From Pseudovirgaria hyperparasitica (lineage: Eukaryota), in NCBI GenBank assembly GCA_010093815.1, contig ML996599.1: 40,373 nt of DNA; one strand, 5' to 3'. A program made the translations under genes and the position numbers. Every line of letters starts with the position of its first letter. Position 1 is the stretch's first letter. The notes beneath the pieces were generated by a model. It saw nothing but the letters and a program-made list of their open reading frames with translations. It did not search any database and was not told where the DNA came from. Shown in pieces: positions 23,260 to 36,000 of this stretch.

Positions 23260-25094
23260 TTACACTGCTTGTCCCCGGTCTTTCTGGTCGGATCCAGTCT
23301 TCCTTGCCGTATGCTTCCTTACGCTTTGATAGGGGCGGAAGTCGAGCTCTTCAACCACAACTCCTCGGTCTGCCTCTTGGCAGACAGCCCTACGGATAGC
23401 TTGATTGGTCAACTTATCAACACACACTGTTGTGTAATGTTAGAAAGTGCTTCACCTTCTTCTGAGCAGCACTTACACGACACTATGGTACGGCCTTTGC
23501 GCTCGTGCAGCTCGTGCGCAATAACACATGGCGTATCCATAGCGCAGAAGGTCTGCGTGATCCGAAGACCAAGGCGTTTGATATCTCCCTTGACCGTTTT
23601 CCGCGATAGGAACTCGCCACAGACGAAAAGCTGTATGTTGAGGATCTGCTTCCCCGTCAGCGGAGCCTGGTTAAGCGATATTACCAAAGCTTACCAAGTC
23701 GCGATCTCTTGCGAGTAAGGATTGCATAGTCTCCTGTACCCACGCCATGTGGACTGTCGCATAGGTTAGTTATCTCGCTTTGGAGTTTCTCAACTACTGA
23801 GCGACTCACGCTCGCAATCCATTTGCCAAAACAATTTGACTCCTCGCGCCTTGGCGTCGTGTGCATCGTAGTTGTCGAGCAGTTGCGCTACGTAGCCGAT
23901 CTGGCCAATGATTCCAGTCCCTGTCGCGAAGAGTAAGACTGTCCCATACCCGCTCAAGTCCAATTCACGCCCGAAGGGGCCTTCGACAATTGCGCTGTAG
24001 CCTACGGCAGCCTTCAGCTGAGGTCGTGAGAGCTGACGAGTGAACCCTTTCCTTCTTTGAGCAATAATTGTAATGATCGTCTTGTCATGCTCTTGCAATG
24101 TCTGGTATATGTAGAATGGGTGAGACTCCAGGAAGGCCAGCGAGCTGGCACTAGGAACAGTAATATACACGTACTGTCCCGCACGCGGCTTCCATGAGCG
24201 AGCCAAACAAATATGCAACTGGACTGTGTCGGTCAGCAGTATATCATTGTGACCTGTGCGATGATAGACAACCTCATGCATTGTAGCACAGGGCTTTGCA
24301 CCGCCTCGTGCAACGTTGCGGTACAGTGCATAGGCAAGGCGCATCATGTTTACGGACAGGTAGATGCCAGCCGCAACCACAAGATACAGCAGCGGCGGCT
24401 TGTGATATTCCGAGTTATTAAGATGTACTCGCACAGCAATACAAACTGCGAGGAACAGAACCACGTGGGCCTTCATGAACCATTCGTAGAAGTATACGCG
24501 GATCGGACCCACAGACGATAGTAGTAGGAGTGCCATTCCAGCTGTAGCCTGTTCCACAACGGTCAGAACGAGACAAGACTCAACCGGAAGACCTACTGTG
24601 AGGGGAGCCACGTTTGGAGCTTGATTCATGGGGTGAGTCTGCAGAGCGAGAGCAATCCCGGCGTGGATGGCGGCTTCCAAGATGGCCAGGACTCCAAGAA
24701 GATAATGCACACGGAAGTATAGTGGCAAGGGAACCAGAGCAAGATCAGCCACTGCATTCATTCGAGCCCCCATGGCAAGACATGCTACATTAATGACAGA
24801 CATGCGTGCTGTCCGGCGCGAGACATCGGAGTAACCGTGTACATGCACGGCAGTCGATAACACGTTGATGAGGAAGAGTAGGACCAGTACTGTCGCGTGT
24901 GAGTGTGGAATCGAGTGCAGCAGCCGAATAACCTGCCCCGTCTTATGGCAAGCGCGGCGAAACCATCTAGCTACTGGGCGTGGGTAGAGTGAGCGTACAA
25001 CAGAGAGACATAAAGATGTGGCGAGGATAACAGCTATTGCACCGCCAAGAACGATTGAGTACCAGAACGTGAAGTCCGCGCTCTGGAGCTCCAT
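23260..25094 (-). CDS. Ferric reductase-like transmembrane FAD/NAD(P)H oxidoreductase, 5 exons, apparently intact
   Basis: TM helices with heme His (RVHYLLG..AAIH; KAHVVL..RVH), AGQYVYI, ESHPFYI, VEGPFG, LFATGTGI. Further exons give LHMAWVQETMQSLL|ILNIQLFV...|CVDKLT...EELDFRP...AV*, with the stop at 23260-23262. Confidence 0.9.
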
Positions 25095-25223
25095 AGCAAG
25101 TCTAAAGCGCAGCAGCAGTAACCGTCGCTTTTCGAGTGAGCTGGTGAATCCATTAAAGGAGTGCTCTAGCCAGGGTCAGTATTTGGCCCTGTTCTATTTA
25201 AGGAGCTGGCCTTCACCAGGTAG

Positions 25224-25313
25224 GAGCATATACAATCGGATTTAATCCAGGGTCCTAGATTAGGATTGTATATACCTAAGTATAGCCCAAAATAAGGCCC
25301 CGGCTATACTTAG
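25224..25313. repeat. Double-hairpin motif related to 32567-32614 and to the MITE end at 32791-32831
   Basis: GAGCATATACAATCGGAT..AATCC..GGTCCTAGATTAGGATTGTAT followed by CCTAAGTATAGCCCAAAATAAGGCCCCGGCTATACTTAG. Confidence 0.85.
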
Positions 25314-25365
25314 TCCGTTCTCCACAGTAGCTGCAAGCGTTCTGCAATCGTTCCATGCTAGCTAC

Positions 25366-25635
25366 TGCAATGTCTGATGCTCGCTGGATCGAGTCGCAAT
25401 ACGTACGATACATGCGGATCTGCTGCGCCAAGTTCATGTTTTTCTCTACCAGCCTCTCGCAGCATCTTTCGGGCGATATTGTTGTTCGCAGGATCGTTCG
25501 TGTCTCATAATGATAGCAGACATAAATACACTGCACTGGTTGTGGTCCGGCCCATTTTTCTTCCTTGTACTAAAGATAGCCGTAATGTGGAAGGGCGCTC
25601 AAGACGCTGCACACGTTGCGCCACTGTCTATCCCC
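25366..25635 (+). repeat. Dispersed duplication D (direct partial copy at about 36001-36127, inverted copy at about 38152-38375); decayed gene fragment
   Basis: Shared core AATACACTGCACTGGTTGTGGTCCGGCCCATTTTTCTTCC..TAAAGATAGCCGTAATGTGGAAGGGCGCT.AAGACG in all three. Confidence 0.92.
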
Positions 25636-25638
25636 CAA

Positions 25639-26015
25639 GAGATGATAGGGTGTCAGACACATTCCGAATCCTGCACCGCGCAGTCTAAATGAACGCCCCA
25701 ACCTCGTTCCCCTCTTCCACTGAGCTTCGTACGCCGTATCTAAACCCCTTCTCTCAAGCGTAACACTGCAGCATCTTCAAAAGTCGTGCTAAAGTTTGCT
25801 CTCCCAGTGATTCTGACCTTCTTAGGCATAGCGAGAAGCGTGTCCCAGCAAGATGGTCAGTCACCTCGATTGGTCATGTACTATGATCAGTAAGCATATC
25901 CTGGAGCAACTTCAGGCGGCGCACAATACTAAACGGGCATCAGATGGCATCCAGATGCCTCGATGGATTTGATATGTTCCAAAGGAATCACGCATATTAT
26001 ATTGTCGTTCATGCT
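25639..26015 (+). pseudogene. Second, shorter GH18 chitinase 5' fragment (repeat C copy 2), start codon ATG>GTG
   Basis: GTG at 25786-25788; homology ends after GITHIILSFML. Confidence 0.85.
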
Positions 26016-26696
26016 GTGCTACCAGGCTAAGGAGCTAATTATCGTGACGTAGGACAGCTGTAGGAAGATGCAGCAAACTAACAACTACTCAACATTGACG
26101 CCATTTCAGAGAGTTTTCCCATCTACCGTGGACGACCCGTAGCGAATTCCGTGATCTTTCGAGCGCCCCTGGAATGTAGAAATGAGCATGCACACAGTGG
26201 GAAGTATCGATGGATCATGCCTGATGCCACACGCCCTCTCTTGGTTCCTGTAGTGATGAGAGCTACAGGGCGCGCAGGACGCCTCTCTGGGATATCGACG
26301 TTTGAGGCTCAGTATTCTGGGCGAGTCTTCGTTATCGTACGGCACTGTGCCTTTCGACTATCTTTAATTTGCTATCCAGGATTCTAGACTGCCAAGATTT
26401 TGGCGAGTAAACAGTGGCGCCAGTGTGCGCTATGGCGGAGGACTCAGTAAACAATACAGTGCTTGTCCTCCATCAATCACAGCGTCCGCTAGTAAGAAAG
26501 TACAGTGCACCATGCAAATGATACAAACGATAGGGGCGTCTTTTAAATCCCGCTTGTGATTATTTGCACCTGTCTAGCGAGGCTGACTTTGTGTTATAAA
26601 ATCAGGCAGTTCTACTATCTTTGAGAAGCTCTTGTACCACCCAGGAGCTTATCGCCACCTTCTAGACAACGCTTGTACCTACTTACATCCTGAAAC

Positions 26697-28077
26697 ATGA
26701 CTACAGAGGCACAAATTCTTGAAGCAGCACGCCGTCTCAATAAGGTGACATTCAAAACACCTCACTCACCACACAGGGGAGTAAGTGAATTAGCAGCAGG
26801 GTTCTCGCCCTCCGAGACTGTCAGTTTAGAGTCTCTAATATGCTCTATACGCGACAGAGATACTCGCAGCTCACAGGGCAAGATCTCGATTCTTGAAAGT
26901 GCCAAGGAGATTGTACGGCAATTGGAGAGCCCAGACGGGCGAGCAATGGAACTTCTCATGTCATTCTCCATCGTACCGACCTTGAAGATCGCTATGGATA
27001 TGGGTGTCTTCAAGATGCTAGCCATCCGTAGCCGAATAACAGCATCCGAGATTGCACATCAAGCCAAAGCAGAGGAGGAGTTTGTTGGTAAGCTCGGGAC
27101 AATCTATCTGTATGCTAAGCCGTCTGACACAATCAGTCCGGATAATGCGCGTACTTGTATCTATCGGTGTAGTTACCATTCTCTCTGTCCGTACATATGG
27201 ATCGACCCGGCTCTCCGATTTCTTCACTGTACCAGCAAATGCTGCTGGGATATGTGTTGTTAACGACCAAGCCCTTCGTGCTGTGTCACGGTTCTCCGAG
27301 TACGCCGCCGCCCACTCCTACCACAACCCGACAAACACGCTTACAGGCCCTTTCCAATTTGCACTTAACACCTTTGAATCCTGGTTCTCCTGGCTCTCCA
27401 CACGCCCTCACGAAGCTGCAAACTTTAACCTGTTCATGACTGGCTTCCGCAACAGCAAGCCTGCTTGGCCCATGCAATTTCCCGCAGAGAGCATCATCTT
27501 CAGCGGTATTCCTTCTAGCCAGGACAGCAGCGTCACAGTTGTTGACGTTGGCGGCGGCTTTGGCCATGACCTAAGTCTCTTTGCCGAGAAGAGTACACGC
27601 AAGCCTGGAAGACTCGTCTGTCAAGACCAAGAATCTGTCATAGCTACCGTCCCGTCAGAGCTAGCTGCTGGGATCGAATTTGTCGCACACGACTTCTTTA
27701 GAGAACAGCCAGTGAGGGGTGCCCGAGCGTATTTGCTTAAGCACATCTGCCATGACTGGCCACATGCCCTGGCACTCTCGATCCTGAAAAATATCAAGGT
27801 TGCTATGGAGCCTGGGTACTCCAAGATATTGATTATGGATCTGGTGATGCCGGAGGGAAAGGTGCCGCTGGCTGCTGCAAGTCTTGATGTCGCTATGATG
27901 ACGGGCTTCTCTGGGGCTGAGAGAGAAGAAAAACTATGGATGGAATTAGTGGACGATGCAGGACTGAGCGTGAGGAAAATCTGGAAGGGGCAGGATGGAG
28001 ATGGACTATTAGAGGTTGTTCTGGAAGAAGACAAAGACGACATAACTACAAAGCCTAGACTGACAATAGCGGGTTGA
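26697..28077 (+). CDS. SAM-dependent O-methyltransferase (Methyltransf_2, secondary-metabolism type), 2 exons (26697-27087, 27137-28077)
   Basis: LKIAMDMGVF winged-helix dimerisation region, VDVGGGFGHDL, LVCQDQ, HDFFREQPVRGARAYLLKHICHDW. Intron GTAAGC..CTGAC..CAG. Confidence 0.93.
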
Positions 28078-28346
28078 GATAACTGGTGGCAGTGCGCGTA
28101 GGATCTGGCAATGTTAGATTGCAACTCTTCTGATAGGGCTTGAATAGAGCTGGGATATTATCCTTACAACATCTCCCGCGAGACATTCCCTGATCATAAG
28201 ATTGACACATATGGCGCTCGTCCACGTCGCCACATTAACTTCAACTACGACAGACTGCAAATAGAGTCTAGTCATATGCTACAAGTGATGTCACAGCTCA
28301 CGGTATATTGGATTTTGGAATGCAGACCATTCAGCATCATTCATAC

Positions 28347-29313
28347 CTAGCAAAACGACCGCGCTACACGAGCATCATGTCTCAAGCAAGCTCGCAAGAT
28401 GGTAACAAGTATCTGATCAGCCACTAGGGCACCCTTTGCTTCTCTGACACGCTCTACGAGATTCTCCCATGACACTCGCGTGTTTCGGTGGTACCTGTGC
28501 ATGTTCCCGTTGTCAACCCCAGACCTTAACACCGGCACCAGGGCTATCAGGTCTGCGTAGAGGCCTGTATTGTTCAGTTGCGGGAAGAACAGTCCTCGTG
28601 TATCTTGAACGAGATGAGTGCGGAAATGTGCTAGATAATTGTCGTGTCGCAAGAACGTCTGACGACATGGTCCTTCTTTTCGATGGCGGCCAATATCAGA
28701 GGTTCTTAACATGATATCACAAGTGAATGTGCGTTCCTGGTCGTGTGTCTCCTGGTGACGCTTTAGATGCTCTAATTTGCTGAATTTCCGACCACAATGG
28801 ACTCCTTTTACCCTCTTAGAACAGATGAACTGTCTCCGGGGCTGAACAGTTATGACGCCAGAGCATTTTTGCTTCTGCACCTTCATATTGGAAAACATAT
28901 CAAGATTGCGCGAGTAGTGTTCCCACATCGTTTCTACGTTGTATACTTCTCGACTTTTACCGGCCCCAGAGGTAGAAGATGCCGATGAGTTCGTATTAGC
29001 TGCACTCTGAGTAAGACTGCACTCAGTCCTGTGCAAAGTCACACCAGACTGGCAGTGCGATCTGCCAACAGCAATCCCCAGTCCCTCCGTACATACGTCG
29101 TCTATAACATGTGGCGATGGACAAATAGAACAGCCATCAAGATTAAGCTGCGAGTTTCGGTAGGTGACAGTATACGGACTGGAGGGTTGATTCTCGGGCC
29201 ACTGGCAAGGTGAGCTGCCAAACTGCTCACCTAGATACATAGTCAGTAGAGTATGAATCCGCCTCTGGTCTCGTCCACCACGTACCTGAAACAGAGAAGT
29301 GAATTGTTGACAT
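28347..29313 (-). CDS. C2H2 zinc-finger protein (two fingers), putative transcription factor
   Basis: FICSKRVKGVHCGRKFSKLEHLKRHQETH and FTCD..PCRQTFLRHDNYLAHFRTH. Short first exon MSTIHFSVS with intron GTACGT..CTGAC..TAG. Confidence 0.8.
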
Positions 29314-29442
29314 GACGTCTATCAACCATGAAATAATACCACTATGCTATGCTGTATTATAAGCGAAGGCCTAAGACGCTTTACAGTAAATTGTATCTAC
29401 ACCGCAGTAGGATATACTAGGCTCCAGGATTTACAGGGTTAG

Positions 29443-29560
29443 TGGAGCCGTCTAGATACTGAGCCGTTAAACCCACGATACTGAGCCATGACATCCACCA
29501 AGTCATCGCCGCTCTCCAATCGGCTAGGCCATGCTGAGCCATAGATATATCTGAGCCAAA
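29443..29560 (+). repeat. Array of (CT)GAGCC(AT) motifs, same core as 1768-1852
   Basis: ggagccg..atactgagccg..atactgagccatga..gctgagccata..tctgagccaa. Confidence 0.7.
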
Positions 29561-30620
29561 CCATGTCAGTCGCCTTGGCTATACTAATGATAACTATACT
29601 GGAACAGTGCATATGTGCTATCAGGCTCGCAGGAGCTGCTCCTCCGGTCTACGGGTGCTATGTAGGCCAATGGAGACAAACACGCAACCATGCTCGCAAC
29701 AGAGCGCTTCACGCTGGAGTTAAGACCGCTGGTATGGATATCATATATCTTCAGCGTATGGCTCATGCGAGACTGTCCATTCGACAGTGCCGCAGTCACT
29801 CGAAAGAATGGAGCACTCCGCTGCCGACCCTTCAAAGCCACAGTATTCTTCACATCTGATAAGGCAGACGCCTGTTGGAGCTACGACGAAGTCGAGCCAG
29901 TCCTGTAAGATTGCGAAAGATTGCAAGACCTTTCCGCACAAAGCGCAGGCTATCCTTGCTCAACGGTTCACGCAGCGGCTCGCAGACCCATATCTTACTG
30001 GGCAGGAGAGTGAAGAGCTTCCTGCGCGCCCTCATCACTGCAAGGTATAATGCAGTTTATCAGCGAAATGCCACACAGCGTTGGGTACGTGGAGCCTGCG
30101 CCCTTTCAATGTGGGAACGTCTGTAGAGTAAAGCATGACAAAGCTGATTGACGGTCCTGTCTAGTCTAGCTAAGTAAGACCTGAGCAACACGCATGTACT
30201 CTGATTTAGTCCGGGTTCCCATTCATCGCTCTCGCTCCGAGGCAAGTCTCTAGGCTGGCTCGGAGCATCTTCTGGTGTAACGAGCCGGTCGAAGTCGGCT
30301 AGGATCTGACGAAGGCTCTCTACCACGGCTTGAACCTCTGCTGCAAGGAATGATTTTGCCTGGCAGCTTGACCAGAAGTGGTCTCGCTCCCACTTCACGG
30401 AGGATCAGCCGGCTTGGGTTAAGAGATAGGCAGGAAACTGGGTGGCTTCTTGGACCTGAACAATCCCATATCGGGTGAAGTGAACAGCTAATGCTAGAGA
30501 TGAAATTTATGGCATAGAGATGTAGCACGAGTCCTACATATAACAGGTATGATGACTCGAATGGAAACGTTTGAAGATGGAATTGACAAAATCGGGACCG
30601 TGGACCGAATCAAGGCATTG

Positions 30621-31121
30621 CTATAGCTGCACTTGGATGTCCCCATGAGTCTCTGAAGCTGAATCCTGCATTCTCACAGCGCGGATCATATCGGCCGCTA
30701 TTCCCAATGCCCGCTGGAGCTCACTGTTCTGTTGTTGCAACTTGTCGTTTTCTCGTTCAAGTTGTGTCATCCGCGTCCCATCCTTCACGGTCATCGATGC
30801 TTGATCCGAATTCTCAGACAAGGCATAGTGAGAGAGAATCTCCGTATAGGCATCTCCTAGCTCGCGGTATAGGCTTTGGCATTTGCTGGCGATCTCGTTG
30901 CGGTCGTGCACAGCCTCCTGGCAAAGGACGTGAAGGCGTCGGTTCTCTCGGTCTACTTGCATTCGACTTCTTTTCTCTTCTTTTCGAATGGTGAGCAACT
31001 GGAGAATTGATGTACGACAATTTTGAATACATAGGCTTGCTTTGTAAAGCTCTACATTGGCTCGAGTAATGGCCTCGTCGGGGTGCTCTCTCATTGACAT
31101 CCTAGAGAACCACTTAAGCAC
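30621..31121 (-). CDS. Coiled-coil hypothetical protein (full-length version of the repeat A gene)
   Basis: 166-aa ORF with heptad-rich segments (QLERENDKLQQQNSELQRAL); true start uncertain. Confidence 0.55.
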   Translation of the reverse strand: MLKWFSRMSMREHPDEAITRANVELYKASLCIQNCRTSILQLLTIRKEEKRSRMQVDRENRRLHVLCQEAVHDRNEIASKCQSLYRELGDAYTEILSHYALSENSDQASMTVKDGTRMTQLERENDKLQQQNSELQRALGIAADMIRAVRMQDSASETHGDIQVQL

Positions 31122-31393
31122 TGTCGTATGGGTGATTCTGCGCGACTCACACTTCTCTGCTGTATTGATGCTGTAAATCTGTATCTAGAAACTGTGGATG
31201 ACCGGAAAGGCAGACTAATCATCTGCTGGTGGATCTGTGGGAGTGCCCGCTTTCTTGATCCCGAAACGAAGCCCTCACGGCATTTGCCATCCATGAACTG
31301 GAAACCAGGGCTGGCCTACTAAATATAGAATATAGTGCCACGCCATATTGCATGCACAGCGGACAGCTTTCGACATACCTCCTGTTTTTGGCA
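30803..31393 (-). repeat. Dispersed duplication A, copy 2
   Basis: Reverse complement of 394-984. Confidence 0.95.
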
Positions 31394-31784
31394 ACACATC
31401 ATCGGCACAGCCCAGACGACGTTGAACAGACCGCATGAACATGGCCATGCCTAGTCAGACAAGTATAACATAGATCAAGCGGGTAGGTAGGCTGTTGCTG
31501 CTGTCCAGTACATCTTGGGCCACCAATGGGTCGTATCCCTATACCATTCCGGCTGTCCTAGGGATGATCGCTCACGGCGCTTACTGGCACTTTGGCGATA
31601 GCGCCTGCAGTTCTTTCTTCACTGATAAAGGTGTCTTCAAGGAATACGTTCAGCTGTTTCTCAACAGGTCCCTACTATCCGAGAGTACTTGCACAGCAAT
31701 GAGTCTAAGCTGCGGGGATTCCTGACGCAAGGGGTTTTCCCGCCTCATTACTGAATCGTTAGCTAGCATTGAATTGTCGAAGAC

Positions 31785-32430
31785 TAGCTGAAAGTCAACG
31801 CCCTTAGGAGGGCGCAGGGAGTTTATGCAAAGATGATCTTTGGCACCACGCATAATCCTGTAGACTTTGCAAGCAAGGAGGAGGTGAGTACGATTACTTG
31901 GCACACTGCGACGTAGAGTCAGACGATAGAACCGCTGGAGAAGGCGGATGAGTCGAGGACGTCTATAAATGAAGTACAAAGAACGCATGATGAGATTCGC
32001 GATACCAAACTCTTTCCAATATCTAGACTTATCCAGGCGGGACTGTCTACCAGTAGCTCTACAAACCATGCTGCCAGAATCAGAGGTGACAGACATGGTA
32101 AGCTACAGATTGTGAAGAACGCTATGGAACTGATAACAGTGCAGCTCCATGATGCATTCATTCGTATCGATCGCGACGTTCAGCAGAGCTGGCTTCCGGT
32201 TCGTACAACTTTGCAACACTTTTACAGCCAGCTTCGCGATGCCACGGGTGAACTAGTTTCTCAAGTAGCGCAGCTTCACGAGGCCAATGCTGCGCTCGCC
32301 AGGAACAATGAGAGTTTGCTTAGGGAGATAGAAACGCTCCATCTCACGATCGACCCGGACTATCTTGCACAGGCTTCCGAGACTCAATCGTCGCCTACAT
32401 CAACTGCGGGGTTGCAGAGGGTGGGACCTA
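31785..32430 (+). repeat. Dispersed duplication B, inverted copy relative to 39406-39968 and 2119-2303
   Basis: TAGCTGAAAGTCAACGCCC...GGGTGGGACCT matches the reverse complement of 39406-39968, with extra internal segments. Confidence 0.93.
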
Positions 32431-32606
32431 CCCTGCGTCCTCGAAACGGACGAAATCGCCCCCGCCAAGTTTTACCAAAAATTCCGGAAGGCGGGCCGGG
32501 AGAGCCAGTAAAAGCTACCGAAAGCCTTGAGCAGAGTAAACAGCTGCTCGATGGAGAAACAGACGTGAGCATATACAATCGGATACAATCCGAGGTCCTA
32601 GATTAG
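31918..32606 (+). CDS. Coiled-coil hypothetical protein (repeat B gene); start unresolved and C-terminus runs into the hairpin motif
   Basis: Open frame EPLEKADES...KNAMELITVQL...VAQLHEANAALARNNESLLREIE... Confidence 0.45.
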
Positions 32607-32680
32607 GATTGTATGATTAGTCATCCCAAAAGTACGGATTGAGCTTGGAATGTGTTAGATTGAATAAAGTAGGGTATATA

Positions 32681-32831
32681 CCTAAGTATAGCCGGGGGCC
32701 TTATTTTAGTCTCTATTGAGGCATGATTTCTGCCTAAGGCCCAAACGTTAGCCTTAGGCCTTAATACTGAAGCCTTAGGCCTAAAGGATGCCTAAATATA
32801 GCCTAAAATAAGGCCCCCGGCTATACTTAGG
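32681..32831. mobile_element. 151-bp MITE-like element with perfect 29-bp terminal inverted repeats
   Basis: CCTAAGTATAGCCGGGGGCCTTATTTTAG (32681-32709) and its reverse complement CTAAAATAAGGCCCCCGGCTATACTTAGG (32803-32831). Internal GCCTTAGGCC/GCCTAA repeats. Confidence 0.85.
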
Positions 32832-33773
32832 ACTACGATTTGTGGACTCGGATTCTCCAGTCCCTCACCGGCGCTATTGATACTTGTGTTGAGAATTATA
32901 ATTAGCAACTGTCGTCGATCTACCGCAGTCGTATCTGCACTGAATCCATCTTCTCATCATAGGGTCTAGGTTTTACGATAGGCTGCTTCTGGGTGGAAGT
33001 CGCTAGGCTGGCGATGCTTAAAGGTGTAGTGCGGTATGATCCGGCACTAGTGCAGACATGCTAGCCCGGGGTAAAGCCGCTCTTGGCAGCAAGTTGTTGC
33101 CAAGAGCAGCCCCACCCCGGGCGCTACTTTGTATTACGAACAAGGGAACCGGAAGGAGTGACTTCGTTACAGTACTGTTGCCAGGACACTCCTTGCCGGA
33201 CCAGCACTCCGATTGCCCAGTGGAGCAGGGATCCTGTAGACTGTCCATCAGCTACGCTCCGCGCCAGAGCATGCCTGAAACCAAGCTGTGGACGGACGTC
33301 TTGACCCTTGATAGACTCGCAGACTGGCGGCTGGTGTGCGACAAAGCAGCACTGGCACTAATTACTGATCGTCGTATACGGGATCAAAAATAAGTTTTCC
33401 TGCCTCCCAACCTGGCATTCCGATTCAAGATATGCCATTTTCGACCAGAGAATCTTTAATCTTAACATACCTTCATCGCATAGGTATCCCAGCGTGAGTA
33501 GGGATCGGAACCTAACATCCATGCTGGACTCGTTGGATTGCTTCGATGTATGGGTGCATGGATTGCCGCCAAGAGCTTCGAGGATTTTGACAAGCTGAAA
33601 ATTATCATGTTAATATATGAGGCTTTGTATAGGCAACTGGCTTGCGACCTAGGTCACATATCTCCAGGTTGGCAGATCACATTGATGATATTTTGGTACC
33701 GAGCACGTGGAATGATTTCATAAGTCGAAGTATCATTCGTCACGGGATTTAGCAAAGCACTAATCTTTAGCAG

Positions 33774-34431
33774 CTACATATACGGTATTCACAGCAGAGC
33801 GGCTCTAAAGGTGTCCAGAAGCATGCTCACAAACGTTCTCTCGTATCATGAGGTCATGCCAGCGTACTTGGACTTTATTTTAGCATTCGGGTTGAAGTAC
33901 GAACCAGATGATCTCAAATTCAGTGCCTTCATGGAGCAGACTACTCTATCAGCACCACGTGGACCTGTCACAACAGAGCTAGGCCGAAGCGGACGGCAGT
34001 TCCAGCTATGTTACAATCTACGGACCGCGACCAAGAAATCTGAGGAGAACGGCTTGGGTAATCATCAGGAATGGTCCATCCAACCAGCTGCAATCCACCA
34101 TCAGTTTGATGTAATCGAAGGCACTACCCTCTGGATAGTCACAAAAGGGGGTCGCGATTTATACCACCGTTATAAGGATTTCACTGCATCAAGCGTTCGG
34201 CCAAGTGGCTTGGCTTTCACATCACCAGAAGAGTGCCTGCGATCGAGCCTCTCAACACATCTAATGTTCTGTCGTTGGGCTACGGAGGGATGGCGATGGT
34301 TCTTGAAGTGGCTTGAAATGACTGTTGAGGAAGAGGTAGGGCAAAGTACTCGCAGACAAAGCCGCAGGAATCGTCATTGCATTGGAGACGAATGTGGATA
34401 TCTTGACCTTACTTCGCGAATACTACTGTAA
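33774..34431 (+). pseudogene. Fungal CorA-like domain protein fragment, 3'-truncated
   Basis: HSRAALKVSRSML..LSYHEVMPAYLDF..FG..DLKFSAF..LGRSGRQFQLCYNL..WSIQPAAIHHQFDV..G.TLWIVTKG, a recurrent fungal CorA-like N-domain. The transmembrane C-terminus is absent. Confidence 0.7.
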
Positions 34432-35445
34432 GCTGGTCAGCAGACATGATTATCCATCAGCCTTGATTTCGTACTTTCAGGGTGACTAATCATACAATCC
34501 TAATCCAAGCCCACGAATTGTATCCGATTGTATATGGAGAAGTTGCAGCCGCAGATATCTATATCAACCGGAGACAAGAGTGGTCAGAGTTGCAATGCTG
34601 CAATCCGAATCCATTCAAGCTCAATCTGAGCTCAAATTTTGAGCCTGTCGCAAGATGCACGTCCAAAGAGAGAGCGAGGTTAATGCTTGAATGTACGGTT
34701 CCACGGCTGTTGAAGAGCAATCGTCTCGCAAGTCGCTCGAGAATGACTCCGGAAACGTTGGCAACTAATTCCATTACATCACCGTCAGCATTCTGGACGA
34801 ATGCATTCAGTACCTCGTAAACAGCTGGACTTCAGTCTATACAGCGTATGGCATCACAGAATACTTTTTGAACGAGGTCATGAATGGGGTCTACATCTAG
34901 ATATTTTGACTGGTCTCGAGTTCCCCCATGTCAAGGAACCGTCTCGTTCAGCTCACTTAGCTAGGAGATCCACTTCTCGAAATGAATGCTATCATGGACA
35001 GATTCCTGCTTCGACAAGGATCAAGAAAAAGAAGACCTATTATCGAAAGCGAACTTTGTAGGCCAAATATCCTCTTCAAGTCTTGTGCTAGGGCTTAGAC
35101 GATCTGAATTCGGATCAATTTCGTGAGACCGGAGTCGACGTATTGAGGGTTGCATTTGCATCTGTGCGAGGCAATATCAGCATTGCGTGGCTTTCCCGCA
35201 TGTGAGCTGGATAATTACCTCGCGGATTGAGGAGACTGTCATCGCCGTCCAAGGGAGTCTCTGCAAACTACCCGACAAATCTCAAATGAAGAATTCATTT
35301 CCATGCTTGCATCGTGACGAATGGGACTGTTGCTGGTCCTGAGGCGAACGCGAAAAGAGTACCAACGATTTACCAAATGAATCTGCTCATTCCCCGCACA
35401 ACGCGCACTGGTCGATCATCCTCTTTAACGGCGTCAGGGAAGCCA

Positions 35446-35844
35446 TTAAACGATTCCCGCATTCGATAACTGAAGACTGTGAATGTCCATCCCTGCAAGT
35501 ACATAGCGATAGCCCCATCTCTGATTCTTTCGTCGCCCCACGAAGGGAAGACCGAAAAGTCTACGGATCTCTATCCACCCAGGCTCTAGTTCGACTCGGA
35601 CATGATATGCTAGCTTTGGAGTTATACGATAAAGAAGTTCCCCATCCCCCGTGTCAAAGGTCTTTAGTAAGGTGCAAGCCAGGGCTGTGCCCTCAGGGCA
35701 GAAGACAAGACGCCTAGGTTTGCATTGCATACATGTTAGAAGATGATCTTCGTAACGGGTAATGATTGATATCTCGTACTCGGTAGGCCCTCGAGAAATT
35801 GATCTGACAATTTGAGGTAAGAAATGGACCGTGGGAGCAGCCAT
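35446..35844 (-). CDS. Small hypothetical protein with a putative H-x3-C-x2-C...C metal-binding motif
   Basis: SRGPTEYE..YEDHLLTCMQCK..CPEG..LA..VRVEL; ATG in GCATGG context with an upstream TATATA. Confidence 0.6.
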   Translation of the reverse strand: MAAPTVHFLPQIVRSISRGPTEYEISIITRYEDHLLTCMQCKPRRLVFCPEGTALACTLLKTFDTGDGELLYRITPKLAYHVRVELEPGWIEIRRLFGLPFVGRRKNQRWGYRYVLAGMDIHSLQLSNAGIV

Positions 35845-36000
35845 GCTTGTCAGTAACTCGTTGTTAGCATGTAACTACTCGAAGCGTATGGTGAGACGAA
35901 TCTATATAAGGTAGGCTTACCTGTCCACTACCCTTGCGTGATTGATCCTGACATTTCACACCACTCTCCTTGTGTAGACTGTTATCCACACCATCCAGTA

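Noticed and set aside
29563..30528. Possible gene on the minus strand
   Set aside because: Short protein-like stretches with many stops and no family recognised; it cannot be supported.
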